From contig CAWJPJ010000006.1 in NCBI GenBank assembly GCA_963844715.1, positions 32,001 through 96,000 on the forward strand: 64,000 nucleotides of DNA, read 5' to 3'. This DNA comes from an uncultured Phycisphaerales bacterium. Lineage in GTDB: Bacteria > Planctomycetota > Phycisphaerae > Tepidisphaerales > Tepidisphaeraceae. The notes under the pieces were generated by a model. That model saw only the letters and a list, made by a program, of their open reading frames with translations. It did no database searches and was not told the DNA's origin. Shown here one piece after another: positions 31,576-40,883 of the stretch. The first letter of the stretch is position 1. Each line of letters opens with the position of its first letter. Position numbers and translations under genes: made by a program.

Positions 31576-32532
31576 ATGCGAAACTTTGACAGCCTTTCGG
31601 AGCGCGAAGTTCTGGCTTTGGCGATTGGTATGGAAGAGGAGGACGCCCGCGTCTATGCCGACTATGCCGACGGACTTCGGGAAAAGTTTCCCGCCTCGGC
31701 GGAAGTCTTCTTGAAAATGCGCGACCAGGAAATCGGTCACCGAAAGCGACTCACTGAACTCTACCAACAAAAGTTCGGAGACCACATCCCGCTGCTTCGG
31801 CGGCAAGACGTCAAAGGATTCATCAAGCGGCGCCCCATCTGGCTGGTCCGCCCGCTGGGACTGGAAGCCGTCCGCAAGCAGGCGGCGACCATGGAAGCGG
31901 AGGTGCAACGATTTTACTCGGCCGCCGCAAAACGCGCGACGGACATGGGCGTGCGGAGTCTTCTGATTGATCTGGCCGAGGAGGAACGCGGGCACGAACA
32001 ATTGGCGGAGCAGCTCGAGAAGGAAAATCTCACGCCGGATGTGCGAGCCGAGGAGGATGAAGCGAACCGGCGATTATTTGTGCTTCAGGTCATCCAGCCA
32101 GGTCTGGCGGGATTGATGGATGGATCGGTCTCGACCCTCGCGCCGGTGTTTGCCGCGGCGTTCGCCACGCATCGCAGCGAATATGCGTTTCTGGTTGGCC
32201 TCGCGGCGTCCGTTGGGGCGGGGATCAGCATGGGATTTGCCGAAGCGCTCAGCGACGACGGGAGCCTGACCGGGCGCGGGCGGCCGCTGTTGCGCGGGAT
32301 CATCTGCGGATTGATGACGGCTTTGGGTGGGATCGGGCACACGGTCCCGTTCCTCATCCCGCGCTTCGGAGTCGCGTTTGCCGTGGCGGTGGGGGTTGTC
32401 GCGCTCGAGCTGGGAGTGATCTCCTGGATTCGCTATCGCTTCATGGACACGCCGTTTCTCTCGGCGGCGTTTCAGGTTGTCGTGGGAGGGGTGTTGGTTT
32501 TTATCGCGGGAATCGTGATCGGGTCATCATGA
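31576..32532 (+). CDS. mbfA: Iron exporter MbfA (rubrerythrin-like plus VIT1/CCC1)
   Basis: LSEREVLALAIGMEEED, EExxH, QPGLAGLMDGSVSTLAP, ISMGFAEALSDDG. Confidence 0.93.
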   Translation: MRNFDSLSEREVLALAIGMEEEDARVYADYADGLREKFPASAEVFLKMRDQEIGHRKRLTELYQQKFGDHIPLLRRQDVKGFIKRRPIWLVRPLGLEAVRKQAATMEAEVQRFYSAAAKRATDMGVRSLLIDLAEEERGHEQLAEQLEKENLTPDVRAEEDEANRRLFVLQVIQPGLAGLMDGSVSTLAPVFAAAFATHRSEYAFLVGLAASVGAGISMGFAEALSDDGSLTGRGRPLLRGIICGLMTALGGIGHTVPFLIPRFGVAFAVAVGVVALELGVISWIRYRFMDTPFLSAAFQVVVGGVLVFIAGIVIGSS

Positions 32533-32593
32533 GCCCGACGGCGGCAATTTTGCCGCCTTGCCGGAATCCACCATCGTGTTTCAAATGTGGGGG

Positions 32594-33475
32594 ATGCCAT
32601 TGCCGAGCATTTCGATTGTCGTTCCGAATTTCAATGGCGCGAAAACGCTTGAGAAGACTTTGCGGTCTTTGGTGGATCAGAAGTATCCGGAGTTGGAAAT
32701 CATCGTCGTTGATGGGGGATCGACGGACGGGAGCCTGGAGATCATCCGCCGGTATGAGCCGCACATCGCGTGGTGGGTGAGCGAAAAGGATCGCGGGCAA
32801 AGCAACGCCATCAACAAAGGGTTGGCGCCAGCCGCGGAAAGATCGTCAATTGGCTGTGCAGCGATGATTATCTTTGCCCTGGGGCGCTTGATATCGTTGG
32901 GAAGACGTTTGCGGAAAAGCCGGAGATCGACGTCTTGGCCGGCGCGAGCGAGCAGGTCTGGATGGATAGCGATCATCGCAGTCCGATGAAGATCAAGCCG
33001 CACTGGCTCGATCTGATGCCATGCTGGGATCCCATTCCGCAGCCGAGTTGTTTCTTCCGGCGGAGCCTGCTCGATCGAAAACCGGCCATTGATGAGCGGT
33101 ATCATTATTCGATGGATTTTGAATTGTGGTGCTATTTCCGGTCGAGGAAGGCGAACTTTCACATCATTGACGAGCAATTGAGCGTCATTCAAAACAGCGA
33201 TTCGAACAAGACTAGCATTGCCGGCGATGCGCAGGATTCCGGAATGGGAACTGCTCTACCGAACCTATGTCGGGGAAAGAATCCCGCTGATCTTCTGGCA
33301 TCGCTATTTCCGGTATCCGGTTGAGCGATTCCGCCAGAAACATCGCGGCAACAAGACGATCTTCTACGCGACGCGCGTCTATACCGGGACGTTTCGCCGA
33401 TTCTTCGGGTTGTTTTATGGCCAGGAACGCGTTCGGATCATGAATTGGGAATGGTTTGTCCGCCCGCCTTCTTAA
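32594..33475 (+). CDS. Glycosyltransferase family 2 (frameshifts ~32825 and ~33230)
   Basis: ISIVVPNFN, VVDGGSTDGS, SEKDRGQSNAINKG, WLCSDD, MDFELW. Confidence 0.88.
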
Positions 33476-33539
33476 AATGCGGGGTTGGGAATAAATTTCC
33501 GCTGGATTCGTCTGGTAAGGGGAAGTCTCGGAGGCGTAT

Positions 33540-34115
33540 TTGGACGCGCACCGCTTGGCAGGCGGATATGAAGAGGTGTCGGGTTCGGACGAGGCCGCGG
33601 GCATCGTCGACGCTTCGCTTGCGCATCTGGATACGGCGTATAACCTGGCGCGATGGCTCACCGGCTCGGATCACGATGCGGAGGATATGGTTCAAGAGGC
33701 ATATCTTCGCGCCCTGCGCGCCGCTGGAACGTATCGCGGGAGGAGCGCCCGGTCGTGGATTTTGACGATCGTTCGCAACGCCTGCTTCGATCGCCTTCGG
33801 CGTCAGAAAATCGCGCCATTCGATGATTCTGAAGGAGACGCGCCACCGGATGTGTCGGCAGTTGAAAGCGATCCGGCGGTCATCCTCGAGCGCGCGGAGG
33901 ACGTTGCCAGAACCCGTCAGTCGATTGCGCAATTGGCCCCAAATCTTCGAGAAGCGGTCGTGCTCCGAGACCTGGAGGGAATGTCGTACAAGGAAATCGC
34001 GGCGATCAGCGGCGTGCCGATGGGGACGGTGATGTCGCGATTGGCCCGGGGGCGAACTCAGTTGGTGGCGATGTTGAGCGAGGATCGAACCAGATCGCAG
34101 GGGGTGAAGCCATGA
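33540..34115 (+). CDS. ECF sigma factor
   Basis: AYNLARWL, DAEDMVQEAYLRA, WILTIVRN, SYKEIA...GTVMSRLARGR. Confidence 0.95.
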   Translation: MDAHRLAGGYEEVSGSDEAAGIVDASLAHLDTAYNLARWLTGSDHDAEDMVQEAYLRALRAAGTYRGRSARSWILTIVRNACFDRLRRQKIAPFDDSEGDAPPDVSAVESDPAVILERAEDVARTRQSIAQLAPNLREAVVLRDLEGMSYKEIAAISGVPMGTVMSRLARGRTQLVAMLSEDRTRSQGVKP

Positions 34116-34912
34116 CAAATATGAATTGCCAGGATGTTCGCGGACTGCTGCACGCCTACACGGACAATGAGTTGGATGCGATGGCGGCGCAGCAGATTGA
34201 GGCACACATGGCAGAATGCGCGGTGTGCCGCCGGGCGTTTGAAGCGGATCGGGCGGTAAAGAGCGTTCTGGCGAATCCGGCGCTGTTGCACGCCGCGCCG
34301 GCGAGTTTGCGCGGGAGAATCCGCGCCGCCGCAATCGTCGCCGATCCGCAACGGGCCGCGGGGAATAGTCCGATATCGGCCGCGGCGCGGCGGCCCAGCA
34401 CCTTCTGGCGGAATCTGGCCGTGGCGGCTGCGGTGCTGATCGTCATTGGTTTGGCCTGGGTCGGGCCGGGCGAATTTTCGCATTTGGGCGGCGCTGGCAC
34501 CGATGGTCAGGAAGCGCTGGCCGCGCATTTGCGATCGTTGCAGACCGAATCGCATTTGTTCGACGTGGCGTCGTCGGATCAGCATACGGTGAAGCCTTGG
34601 TTTGCCGGGCGCGTGGATTTTTCGCCGCCGGTGTTTGATCTGTCTGATAAGGGTTTCCCGCTCATCGGCGGCAGGTTGGATTATCTGCACCAGAGACCGG
34701 TGGCGGCTTTGGTTTATCGGCGCAACAAGCACATCATCAACGTCTTTGTCTGGCCGGGCGAAAGTGGGGAATCGTCGATGGATCAGGACGGGTATCACCT
34801 GGTTCATTGGAGCGACGGGGGGATGACGTTCTGGGCGGTGTCGGATTTGAATCCCGCCGAATTGGGGCAATTCGCGGGTTTATTCAGATCCGAATCTTCA
34901 ACTCGGCCGTAA
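34112..34912 (+). CDS. Zinc-finger (HxxxCxxC) membrane anti-sigma factor
   Basis: HMAECAVC; TM helix; SSDQHTVKPWF, GGRLDY, AVSDLN. Confidence 0.93.
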   Translation: MTNMNCQDVRGLLHAYTDNELDAMAAQQIEAHMAECAVCRRAFEADRAVKSVLANPALLHAAPASLRGRIRAAAIVADPQRAAGNSPISAAARRPSTFWRNLAVAAAVLIVIGLAWVGPGEFSHLGGAGTDGQEALAAHLRSLQTESHLFDVASSDQHTVKPWFAGRVDFSPPVFDLSDKGFPLIGGRLDYLHQRPVAALVYRRNKHIINVFVWPGESGESSMDQDGYHLVHWSDGGMTFWAVSDLNPAELGQFAGLFRSESSTRP

Positions 34913-34999
34913 AAAGCGCACTACAAAGCGGGCTGGAAACAATTCCGGGAATATCCGCGCCGGCAGTTCGTCCGGTTTATTGAAAGGACGAAATGCCAA

Positions 35000-35371
35000 A
35001 TGAGAATAATCAACCTCGCGCTGGTTTTGGTATGTGCGGCGGCGATTGCCGGAATTGCCCTTGGCGACGAACCGGCGACCGCGCCAACGACGGAGCCTTC
35101 GATGGGGCCATCGTCGAATCCAACCGTCACCATCGACAACTTCAGCTACAGCCCGAAGGAATTGACGATTCGCGCCGGGACGACGGTCACCTGGGTGAAT
35201 CAGGACGACGTTCCCCACACCGCGACGGCGGATGGCGACTCGCCACTGTTTGATTCCAAGGCCCTGGACACGGACGACAAGTATTCCTTCACGTTTAATC
35301 AGCCGGGGAAATACCCCTACTACTGCAAAGTGCACCCGCACATGCACGGCTTGGTCATCGTTAACCCATAA
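35000..35371 (+). CDS. Cupredoxin (amicyanin/plastocyanin-like)
   Basis: Signal peptide; WVNQDDVPHT; YYCKVHPHM type-1 copper ligands. Confidence 0.93.
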   Translation: MRIINLALVLVCAAAIAGIALGDEPATAPTTEPSMGPSSNPTVTIDNFSYSPKELTIRAGTTVTWVNQDDVPHTATADGDSPLFDSKALDTDDKYSFTFNQPGKYPYYCKVHPHMHGLVIVNP

Positions 35372-35386
35372 CGCACGGAGACCCAT

Positions 35387-36370
35387 ATGCCTGAATATAT
35401 TGACCGGGACGATGCGCACGACGGAATCGATCGGCGCGGTTTTTTAAAGTGCATGGCCTGGGCCGGCGCGGGAGTGGTCTGGGCAATGAAAGGCGGGATT
35501 CTCCAGTCGCGCGCGTTCGGTGCGGATATGGGCGGAATGGCCGGCGCGGATTTCACGTTCGTACAGGTGAGCGACAGTCATATCGGATTCAACAAGGGCG
35601 TTTATACCGACGTCGTGGGAACATTTCGCACGGCCGTGGATCGGATCAACGCCCTCCCGCAAGCGCCTTCGCTGGTGTTGCATACGGGGGACCTGACGCA
35701 CCTTTCCAGGCCGGCGGAGTTTGACACCGTCGGGCAAATGATGAAGTCGATCAAGACGGATCAAACGTTTTACGTGCCGGGGGAGCACGACTACTTCGTG
35801 GACAACGGCCAGCAATATCTCGAACGCTTCGGCAAAGGGACGCGCGGAACGGGTTGGCAAAGCTTCGATTTTCACGGCGTGCATTTCATAGGGTTGGTAA
35901 ATGTCGCAAATCTCAGCAACGGCAAGACCTCGCTGGGTCTGCTTGGCGACGAGCAGCTTGAGTGGATGGAAAAAGATGTTGAAGGCCTCGCCGACAGCAC
36001 GCCGGTCGTTGTCTTCGCACACGTGCCGCTTTGGACGGTTTATGGGGACTGGGGCTGGGGCACGCAGGACAGCGGGCGGACCCTGGGATATCTGCGGCGG
36101 TTTGGATCGGTGAGCGTGCTCAACGGACACATTCATCAGATACTTCAAAAAGTGGAGGGGAATATCACGTTTCACACCGCGCGCTCGACCGCTTTTCCGC
36201 AGCCGGAGCCAGGGAAAGCGCCGTCGCCCGGGCCGATGAAGAATATCGCGGCGGATCGAGTTCGAAGCATGCTGGGAATCACGCGCGTGGATTACGTGGA
36301 GCACGCGGGAACCCTCGCGACGACGGATACGGCGCTGGCCGCTGCACCGCCGGCGACGCAGCCGGGCTAG
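35387..36370 (+). CDS. Tat-exported metallophosphoesterase
   Basis: DRRGFLK; SDSHIG, TGDLT, PGEHD, NGHIH. Confidence 0.92.
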   Translation: MPEYIDRDDAHDGIDRRGFLKCMAWAGAGVVWAMKGGILQSRAFGADMGGMAGADFTFVQVSDSHIGFNKGVYTDVVGTFRTAVDRINALPQAPSLVLHTGDLTHLSRPAEFDTVGQMMKSIKTDQTFYVPGEHDYFVDNGQQYLERFGKGTRGTGWQSFDFHGVHFIGLVNVANLSNGKTSLGLLGDEQLEWMEKDVEGLADSTPVVVFAHVPLWTVYGDWGWGTQDSGRTLGYLRRFGSVSVLNGHIHQILQKVEGNITFHTARSTAFPQPEPGKAPSPGPMKNIAADRVRSMLGITRVDYVEHAGTLATTDTALAAAPPATQPG

Positions 36371-36373
36371 CGG

Positions 36374-36833
36374 CTAGCGCGCCAGCATGTAGGGCTTGGC
36401 GATTCCGTTGCCGATGATTTGCTCGCGGATTTCCTGGATCGAGCGACGGTCGCCGGGCCACATGAAATGCTCCTCCGCGGATTCAATCGGCAGCCAGCGA
36501 AATTGATCATGCTCATGATCCATGACAACCACGGCGTTGCGTTTGACGACCGCGCAAAATTGAATCGAATGCCAGAGTGTGTCGTGCGCGGCGATGTAGA
36601 AAACATGAGCGTCACTGAGTTTGTAAAACTCGTCGGGAGCAAGGCCGGCTTCCTCGCGCGAGCTCGCGCAAGGCGCCGTCCGCAGGCCATTCGCCGGGAT
36701 TGGATTCACCATAGACGGTTTGCCACGTGCCGCCAAGGAAATCCTCGGGGCTGCGGCGAAGCTGGAGAATCTCCCAACCCGAACCGGCGGGCCGTATCAC
36801 AAAACAGCACACCATGTCGTAGCGGATTTTCAT
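36374..36833 (-). CDS. NUDIX hydrolase (frameshift ~36660)
   Basis: GTWQTVYG...GE...ALREL|REEAGL Nudix box; HEHDQFRW. Confidence 0.85.
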
Positions 36834-37993
36834 GATTGGGTTGCGCCGATAACGTAATTCTGCCCGCCGACGCGTTTGACCCAGCCGCGCAGGGTCATCA
36901 TGGTGAGTTCCGGCAGAATCGTCTCGGCGGGTAAATCGGTCCGGGCAATGATCAGATCCAGGCCGATGGGGTCGCGGGTGATTTCGCGAAGGATGCGAGT
37001 TTGCTGATCGGTCAGATTGAAGGCCGCGACGAGTTTTGGGGTGGTCTCCTCGGCAAGCGTCGCGGTTGGCTCTGGTGGAATTTCGGGTTGCTCGATTTCA
37101 ATGGCTTGCTGCGGGAGGGGCCCGAGGCCGTCGAGGATTTCTTCGAGATTGGTGACCAGCGTCGCGCCGTCGCGGATGAGCGCGTGCGGGCCGGCGGACA
37201 TGGGATTGTCCACGCGGCCGGGGAGCGCGAAGACGGTGCGTCCGTGCTCGTCGCCGGCTTGTCTGGCGGTGATGAGCGCACCGCTGGCGACATCCGCCTC
37301 GACGACCAGCACGCCGCGCGACAGGCCGCTGATGATCCGGTTGCGGCGCGGGAAATTCTCCTTCGCCGGAGGCGTGCCGAGGGGAAATTCACTCACCACG
37401 GCGCCGCGCGCGGCGAGTTGTTTAAAGAGGGACTCATTTTCGGGCGGATAGGCGACGTCCACGCCGCACCCGAGGACGACGATGGTGCGCCCGTCGGGAA
37501 TCGCCAGAGCCCCGCGATGGGCGGCGGAGTCGACGCCTCGCGCGCCGCCGCTAACGACAGTTGCCCCCGCCTGGGCAAGAAGCGATCCGAATCGCTCCGC
37601 CTGTTCGCGGCCGTAGAGGCTGCATTTTCGGCTCCCGACGATGGCGACGGCGTTGAGATCGCGCGGCTGGAGCGTGCCGCGAATAAAAAGCACGGCGGGG
37701 GGATCAGGGATGACTTTCAGCAGCATCGGGTATTCCGCATCGTCCTGACAAATGAGATTCACGCCCATCTCGCGGCAGCGGGCGAGTTCCCTCTCAGCCG
37801 CGTCCGCCGCGGCCCGAATCGACCGCAAAATCTGCGAGGTCTTGATCGTTCCGATCCCCTCGACCGCGCCCAGCAGAGTCGCCCCCGCATCGCACGCGGC
37901 TTCGGCGCTTCCGGCGGCGATCACCAGCCGGCCCAGAAGAATCGGGCCGATTCCGTCGGTCATCGAGAGTTGCAGCCAGTGCCGAAGCGCCAC
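36830..37993 (-). CDS. dprA: DNA-processing protein DprA
   Basis: VAIVGSR, VSGGARGVDSAAH, FPRRNRIISGLS, SGALITA. Confidence 0.96.
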   Translation of the reverse strand: MALRHWLQLSMTDGIGPILLGRLVIAAGSAEAACDAGATLLGAVEGIGTIKTSQILRSIRAAADAAERELARCREMGVNLICQDDAEYPMLLKVIPDPPAVLFIRGTLQPRDLNAVAIVGSRKCSLYGREQAERFGSLLAQAGATVVSGGARGVDSAAHRGALAIPDGRTIVVLGCGVDVAYPPENESLFKQLAARGAVVSEFPLGTPPAKENFPRRNRIISGLSRGVLVVEADVASGALITARQAGDEHGRTVFALPGRVDNPMSAGPHALIRDGATLVTNLEEILDGLGPLPQQAIEIEQPEIPPEPTATLAEETTPKLVAAFNLTDQQTRILREITRDPIGLDLIIARTDLPAETILPELTMMTLRGWVKRVGGQNYVIGATQS

Positions 37994-37996
37994 GGT

Positions 37997-39088
37997 TCAC
38001 CCCTTCAAACTTATCACGGCTTCGCGAACCAGTTCAGGCTGAACGTTGTCCGCCACAAACGCCTTGCCGATTCCTTCGAGAAGCACAAACCGGAGTTTTC
38101 CGTTTTTGACTTTCTTGTCGAACCGCATCGTTTCGAGAACTTTGTCGATGTCGAGTGTAAGGCCCGCCGTGGGCAAGCCGGCTCTTTGCAGAATCGCGCG
38201 AATGCGCGAAAGGGAAGATTCGTCCAGCAAGTCCAGCTTATAGGAAACGAAGGCCGCGGCGCACATGCCCAGCGAGATCGCTTCACCATGCGAGTAGGAA
38301 TAGTTGGAGACCGATTCGATGGCGTGCCCGAAAGTATGCCCGAAGTTGAGATGGGCTCGATCGCCTTTTTCCAACGGGTCGGCTTCGACGACCTTTGCCT
38401 TGATCCGCACGTTGTGGGCAATCAACTCGCTAAGAACGCTCATATCCAGGGCAAGAATACTGTCGAGCGTGCTTTCGAGTTCGGAAAATCCTTTCGCGTC
38501 GCGAATGAGATCGTGCTTGATGCATTCGGCCAAGCCGCTGCGAAGTTCGCGCGGCGGAAGAGTGACGAGACTTTGCGGATCGATCAGAACCCCCGTCGGC
38601 TGGTAAAACGCGCCAATGAGATTTTTCCCCACCGCATGATCCACACCGGTTTTCCCGCCGATGCTGGCGTCCACCATGGCCAGCAGACTTGTGGGAATCT
38701 GCACCAGAGGCACGCCGCGCAGAATCGTGGCGGCAACGAAACCCGCCATGTCCGTGACCACCCCGCCGCCGAGGGCCAACACCGGCGTGGACCGCTCGAT
38801 CTTCGCACCAAGCAATTGATCGTATAAGGGCATAATATGGCGGAGATTCTTGTGCTGCTCACCGGCGGGAATAACCGCGGTGATCGCTTCGATCCCAACG
38901 GCCGAAAGCGAATCGGCTAGCGTTTTGCCATGCAGCGGCTCAACATGAGAATCCGTCACCACGGCGGCCTTGCCCTGGCTGAATTTCGATTTCATCCACT
39001 CGCCCACGGAGGAAAGCAAACCGGGTTTCACGATGACGTCATATCCCTGCTTGGCAAGTTTGACGTGGATTGTGGTTCCCTCGGTCAT
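37997..39088 (-). CDS. aroB: 3-dehydroquinate synthase
   Basis: ALGGGVVTDMAGF, PTSLLAMVDASIGGKTG, KNLIGAF, LNFGHTFGHAIE, HGEAI. Confidence 0.97.
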   Translation of the reverse strand: MTEGTTIHVKLAKQGYDVIVKPGLLSSVGEWMKSKFSQGKAAVVTDSHVEPLHGKTLADSLSAVGIEAITAVIPAGEQHKNLRHIMPLYDQLLGAKIERSTPVLALGGGVVTDMAGFVAATILRGVPLVQIPTSLLAMVDASIGGKTGVDHAVGKNLIGAFYQPTGVLIDPQSLVTLPPRELRSGLAECIKHDLIRDAKGFSELESTLDSILALDMSVLSELIAHNVRIKAKVVEADPLEKGDRAHLNFGHTFGHAIESVSNYSYSHGEAISLGMCAAAFVSYKLDLLDESSLSRIRAILQRAGLPTAGLTLDIDKVLETMRFDKKVKNGKLRFVLLEGIGKAFVADNVQPELVREAVISLKG

Positions 39089-39273
39089 GGACTCGCATTG
39101 TAACCGCAGCCCGAAAGTTCTCGAAATAGCGCTCCGTGCGCGTCTTAAGCGTCGGGGCGGCGATTGTTAAGAACCGCAACAGCATAAACCCGCAAAAAAT
39201 ACTTCTCCAACCATCATCGCACTTTACTTGTCGAACCGCCCCCTGCGAATACGATATCGTATTAGGAGAAAGC

Positions 39274-40122
39274 ATGACCGAATGGATTTGGTTGAACGGA
39301 GAGATCGTGCCCATGGGGGAGGCGTGGGTCTCGGTCGAGGACCGCGGCTTTCAATTCGCCGACGGCGTGTATGAAGTCATCCGCATCTACAACGGAAAAC
39401 TCTTCACCCTTCCCCAGCATCTCCAGCGCCTGGAAAAATCGGCGTCGGCGATCCAGCTAGCCGTGCCGATGGACTCCGCGAGCCTGACCGCCGAAATCGC
39501 CAAGCTGATCGACCGCAGCGGCCTTCGCGAAGGGATGATCTATCTCCAGCTGACGCGCGGCGCCGCGCCGCGAAATCACATTTACGGGCAACTCAAGCCG
39601 ACGCTTTTATTTTACGCCAGGCCCCTGCCCCCGGCGTCCGCCCCCGGCGATGGCGAGGGCGTGAAGCTCCTCACCGTCCCGGATGAGCGCTGGAAACGAT
39701 GCTGGATCAAGTCGATCGCGCTGCTCCCCAATATTCTGGCCAAAAACCAGGCCGTCGCCTCGGGCTCGGACGAGGCGGTCTTCATCGCCAACGATACGGT
39801 GACCGAATGCTCCGCCAGCAACATTTTCGCCGTCATCGGAAAAAAGTTGGTGACCCATCCCGTAGGGAGCAAGGTCCTCCCCGGCATCACGCGGGCAATC
39901 CTGCTGGAGCTTGCGCCATCGGTCGGGCTGGAGTCCGACGAGCGCGCCCTGCGCGAAGAAGAAGCCCGCCGCGCCGATGAACTATTCATCACCAGCACAA
40001 CGCGGGAAATTTCCTGGGTCGCCCGCTGGAACGACCGCTACATCGGCCAGGGCCGCTGCGGGCAGATGACCAAAAAGCTCCACGCCGCCCTGCGCGAGAA
40101 AATTGTGAGGGAGACGTCATGA
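39274..40122 (+). CDS. dat: Class IV PLP aminotransferase, D-amino-acid transaminase-like
   Basis: DRGFQFADGVYEV, YLQLTRG, IKSIALLPN, LPGITR; AGGAG RBS. Confidence 0.88.
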   Translation: MTEWIWLNGEIVPMGEAWVSVEDRGFQFADGVYEVIRIYNGKLFTLPQHLQRLEKSASAIQLAVPMDSASLTAEIAKLIDRSGLREGMIYLQLTRGAAPRNHIYGQLKPTLLFYARPLPPASAPGDGEGVKLLTVPDERWKRCWIKSIALLPNILAKNQAVASGSDEAVFIANDTVTECSASNIFAVIGKKLVTHPVGSKVLPGITRAILLELAPSVGLESDERALREEEARRADELFITSTTREISWVARWNDRYIGQGRCGQMTKKLHAALREKIVRETS

Positions 40123-40307
40123 AAGAATCGCGTCGCTCCAGAGCATTTGCGGATGCCGCGCGAAAGTATCTTGCCCGTTACGGCCGGCAAGGGCTGATTA
40201 CGCAAATCAATAGTGCAAACGGGGATGGCCCGACTGCGCTGGAACGAAGGCACTCGAAAGCGCTGCGGCGCTATTTGGTGAAAAATTCGAAAAACGATCC
40301 TTGGTGA
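40119..40307 (+). CDS. Small basic hypothetical protein
   Basis: ATGA overlap with upstream stop; GGGAG RBS. Confidence 0.45.
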   Translation: MKESRRSRAFADAARKYLARYGRQGLITQINSANGDGPTALERRHSKALRRYLVKNSKNDPW

Positions 40308-40347
40308 TCCGGCCCGCGGATTTTTTCAGCCCATTCGCTTCCAGGCG

Positions 40348-40686
40348 CTAGGCGACCGCATTTCGTCCCTGTCGGCGCGGACCGATTGTTCCGTGGCGCT
40401 TTCCGAATAAATCTGATTCGCCGGAGAGCTTTAGAATCTCAAAATACATCAGCAGAGTCGCTCGATCGACGGTTTGCTCATATTCTCCCGCGTCATTTAC
40501 TAGCCACAGGCAATCAAGACCGTCTTTTTCGGAATAGAAGCCGACGCGGTACTTTCGGCCGATCAATGTTTTCCAATGCGGAGTGCCGTCGTCGTACCGT
40601 TTGAGTTGTACGAGAGTCTTGGGCGGGATGACCGTCGGAATTCGCATTTCAGGAGCTATTATATCGTGATTATTTGGGTCAGCCAA
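40348..40686 (-). CDS. Hypothetical protein
   Basis: 112-aa ORF, lower GC, starts 2 nt after the upstream stop. Confidence 0.55.
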   Translation of the reverse strand: MADPNNHDIIAPEMRIPTVIPPKTLVQLKRYDDGTPHWKTLIGRKYRVGFYSEKDGLDCLWLVNDAGEYEQTVDRATLLMYFEILKLSGESDLFGKRHGTIGPRRQGRNAVA

Positions 40687-40688
40687 AT

Positions 40689-40883
40689 TTACGATTTCGC
40701 TTTAGCCGCTTCAGCCATGAATCTTGTCCAATCCGAAACTGGAATCGATGGCGGCATAATGCCATTATGCGGGATTGGACTACCATCTAAACGATAACGC
40801 CCGACATTTCTTTTTTTCCGGTACCGATCAACGTGGGGCGATCCATGCCTGACCTTGTCTAGCTTATAGACATCGCGGGACAT
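40689..40883 (-). CDS. Small basic hypothetical protein
   Basis: ATG overlaps the UbiD-family stop (TGATG); MSRDVYKLDKVRHGSPHVDRY. Confidence 0.55.
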   Translation of the reverse strand: MSRDVYKLDKVRHGSPHVDRYRKKRNVGRYRLDGSPIPHNGIMPPSIPVSDWTRFMAEAAKAKS

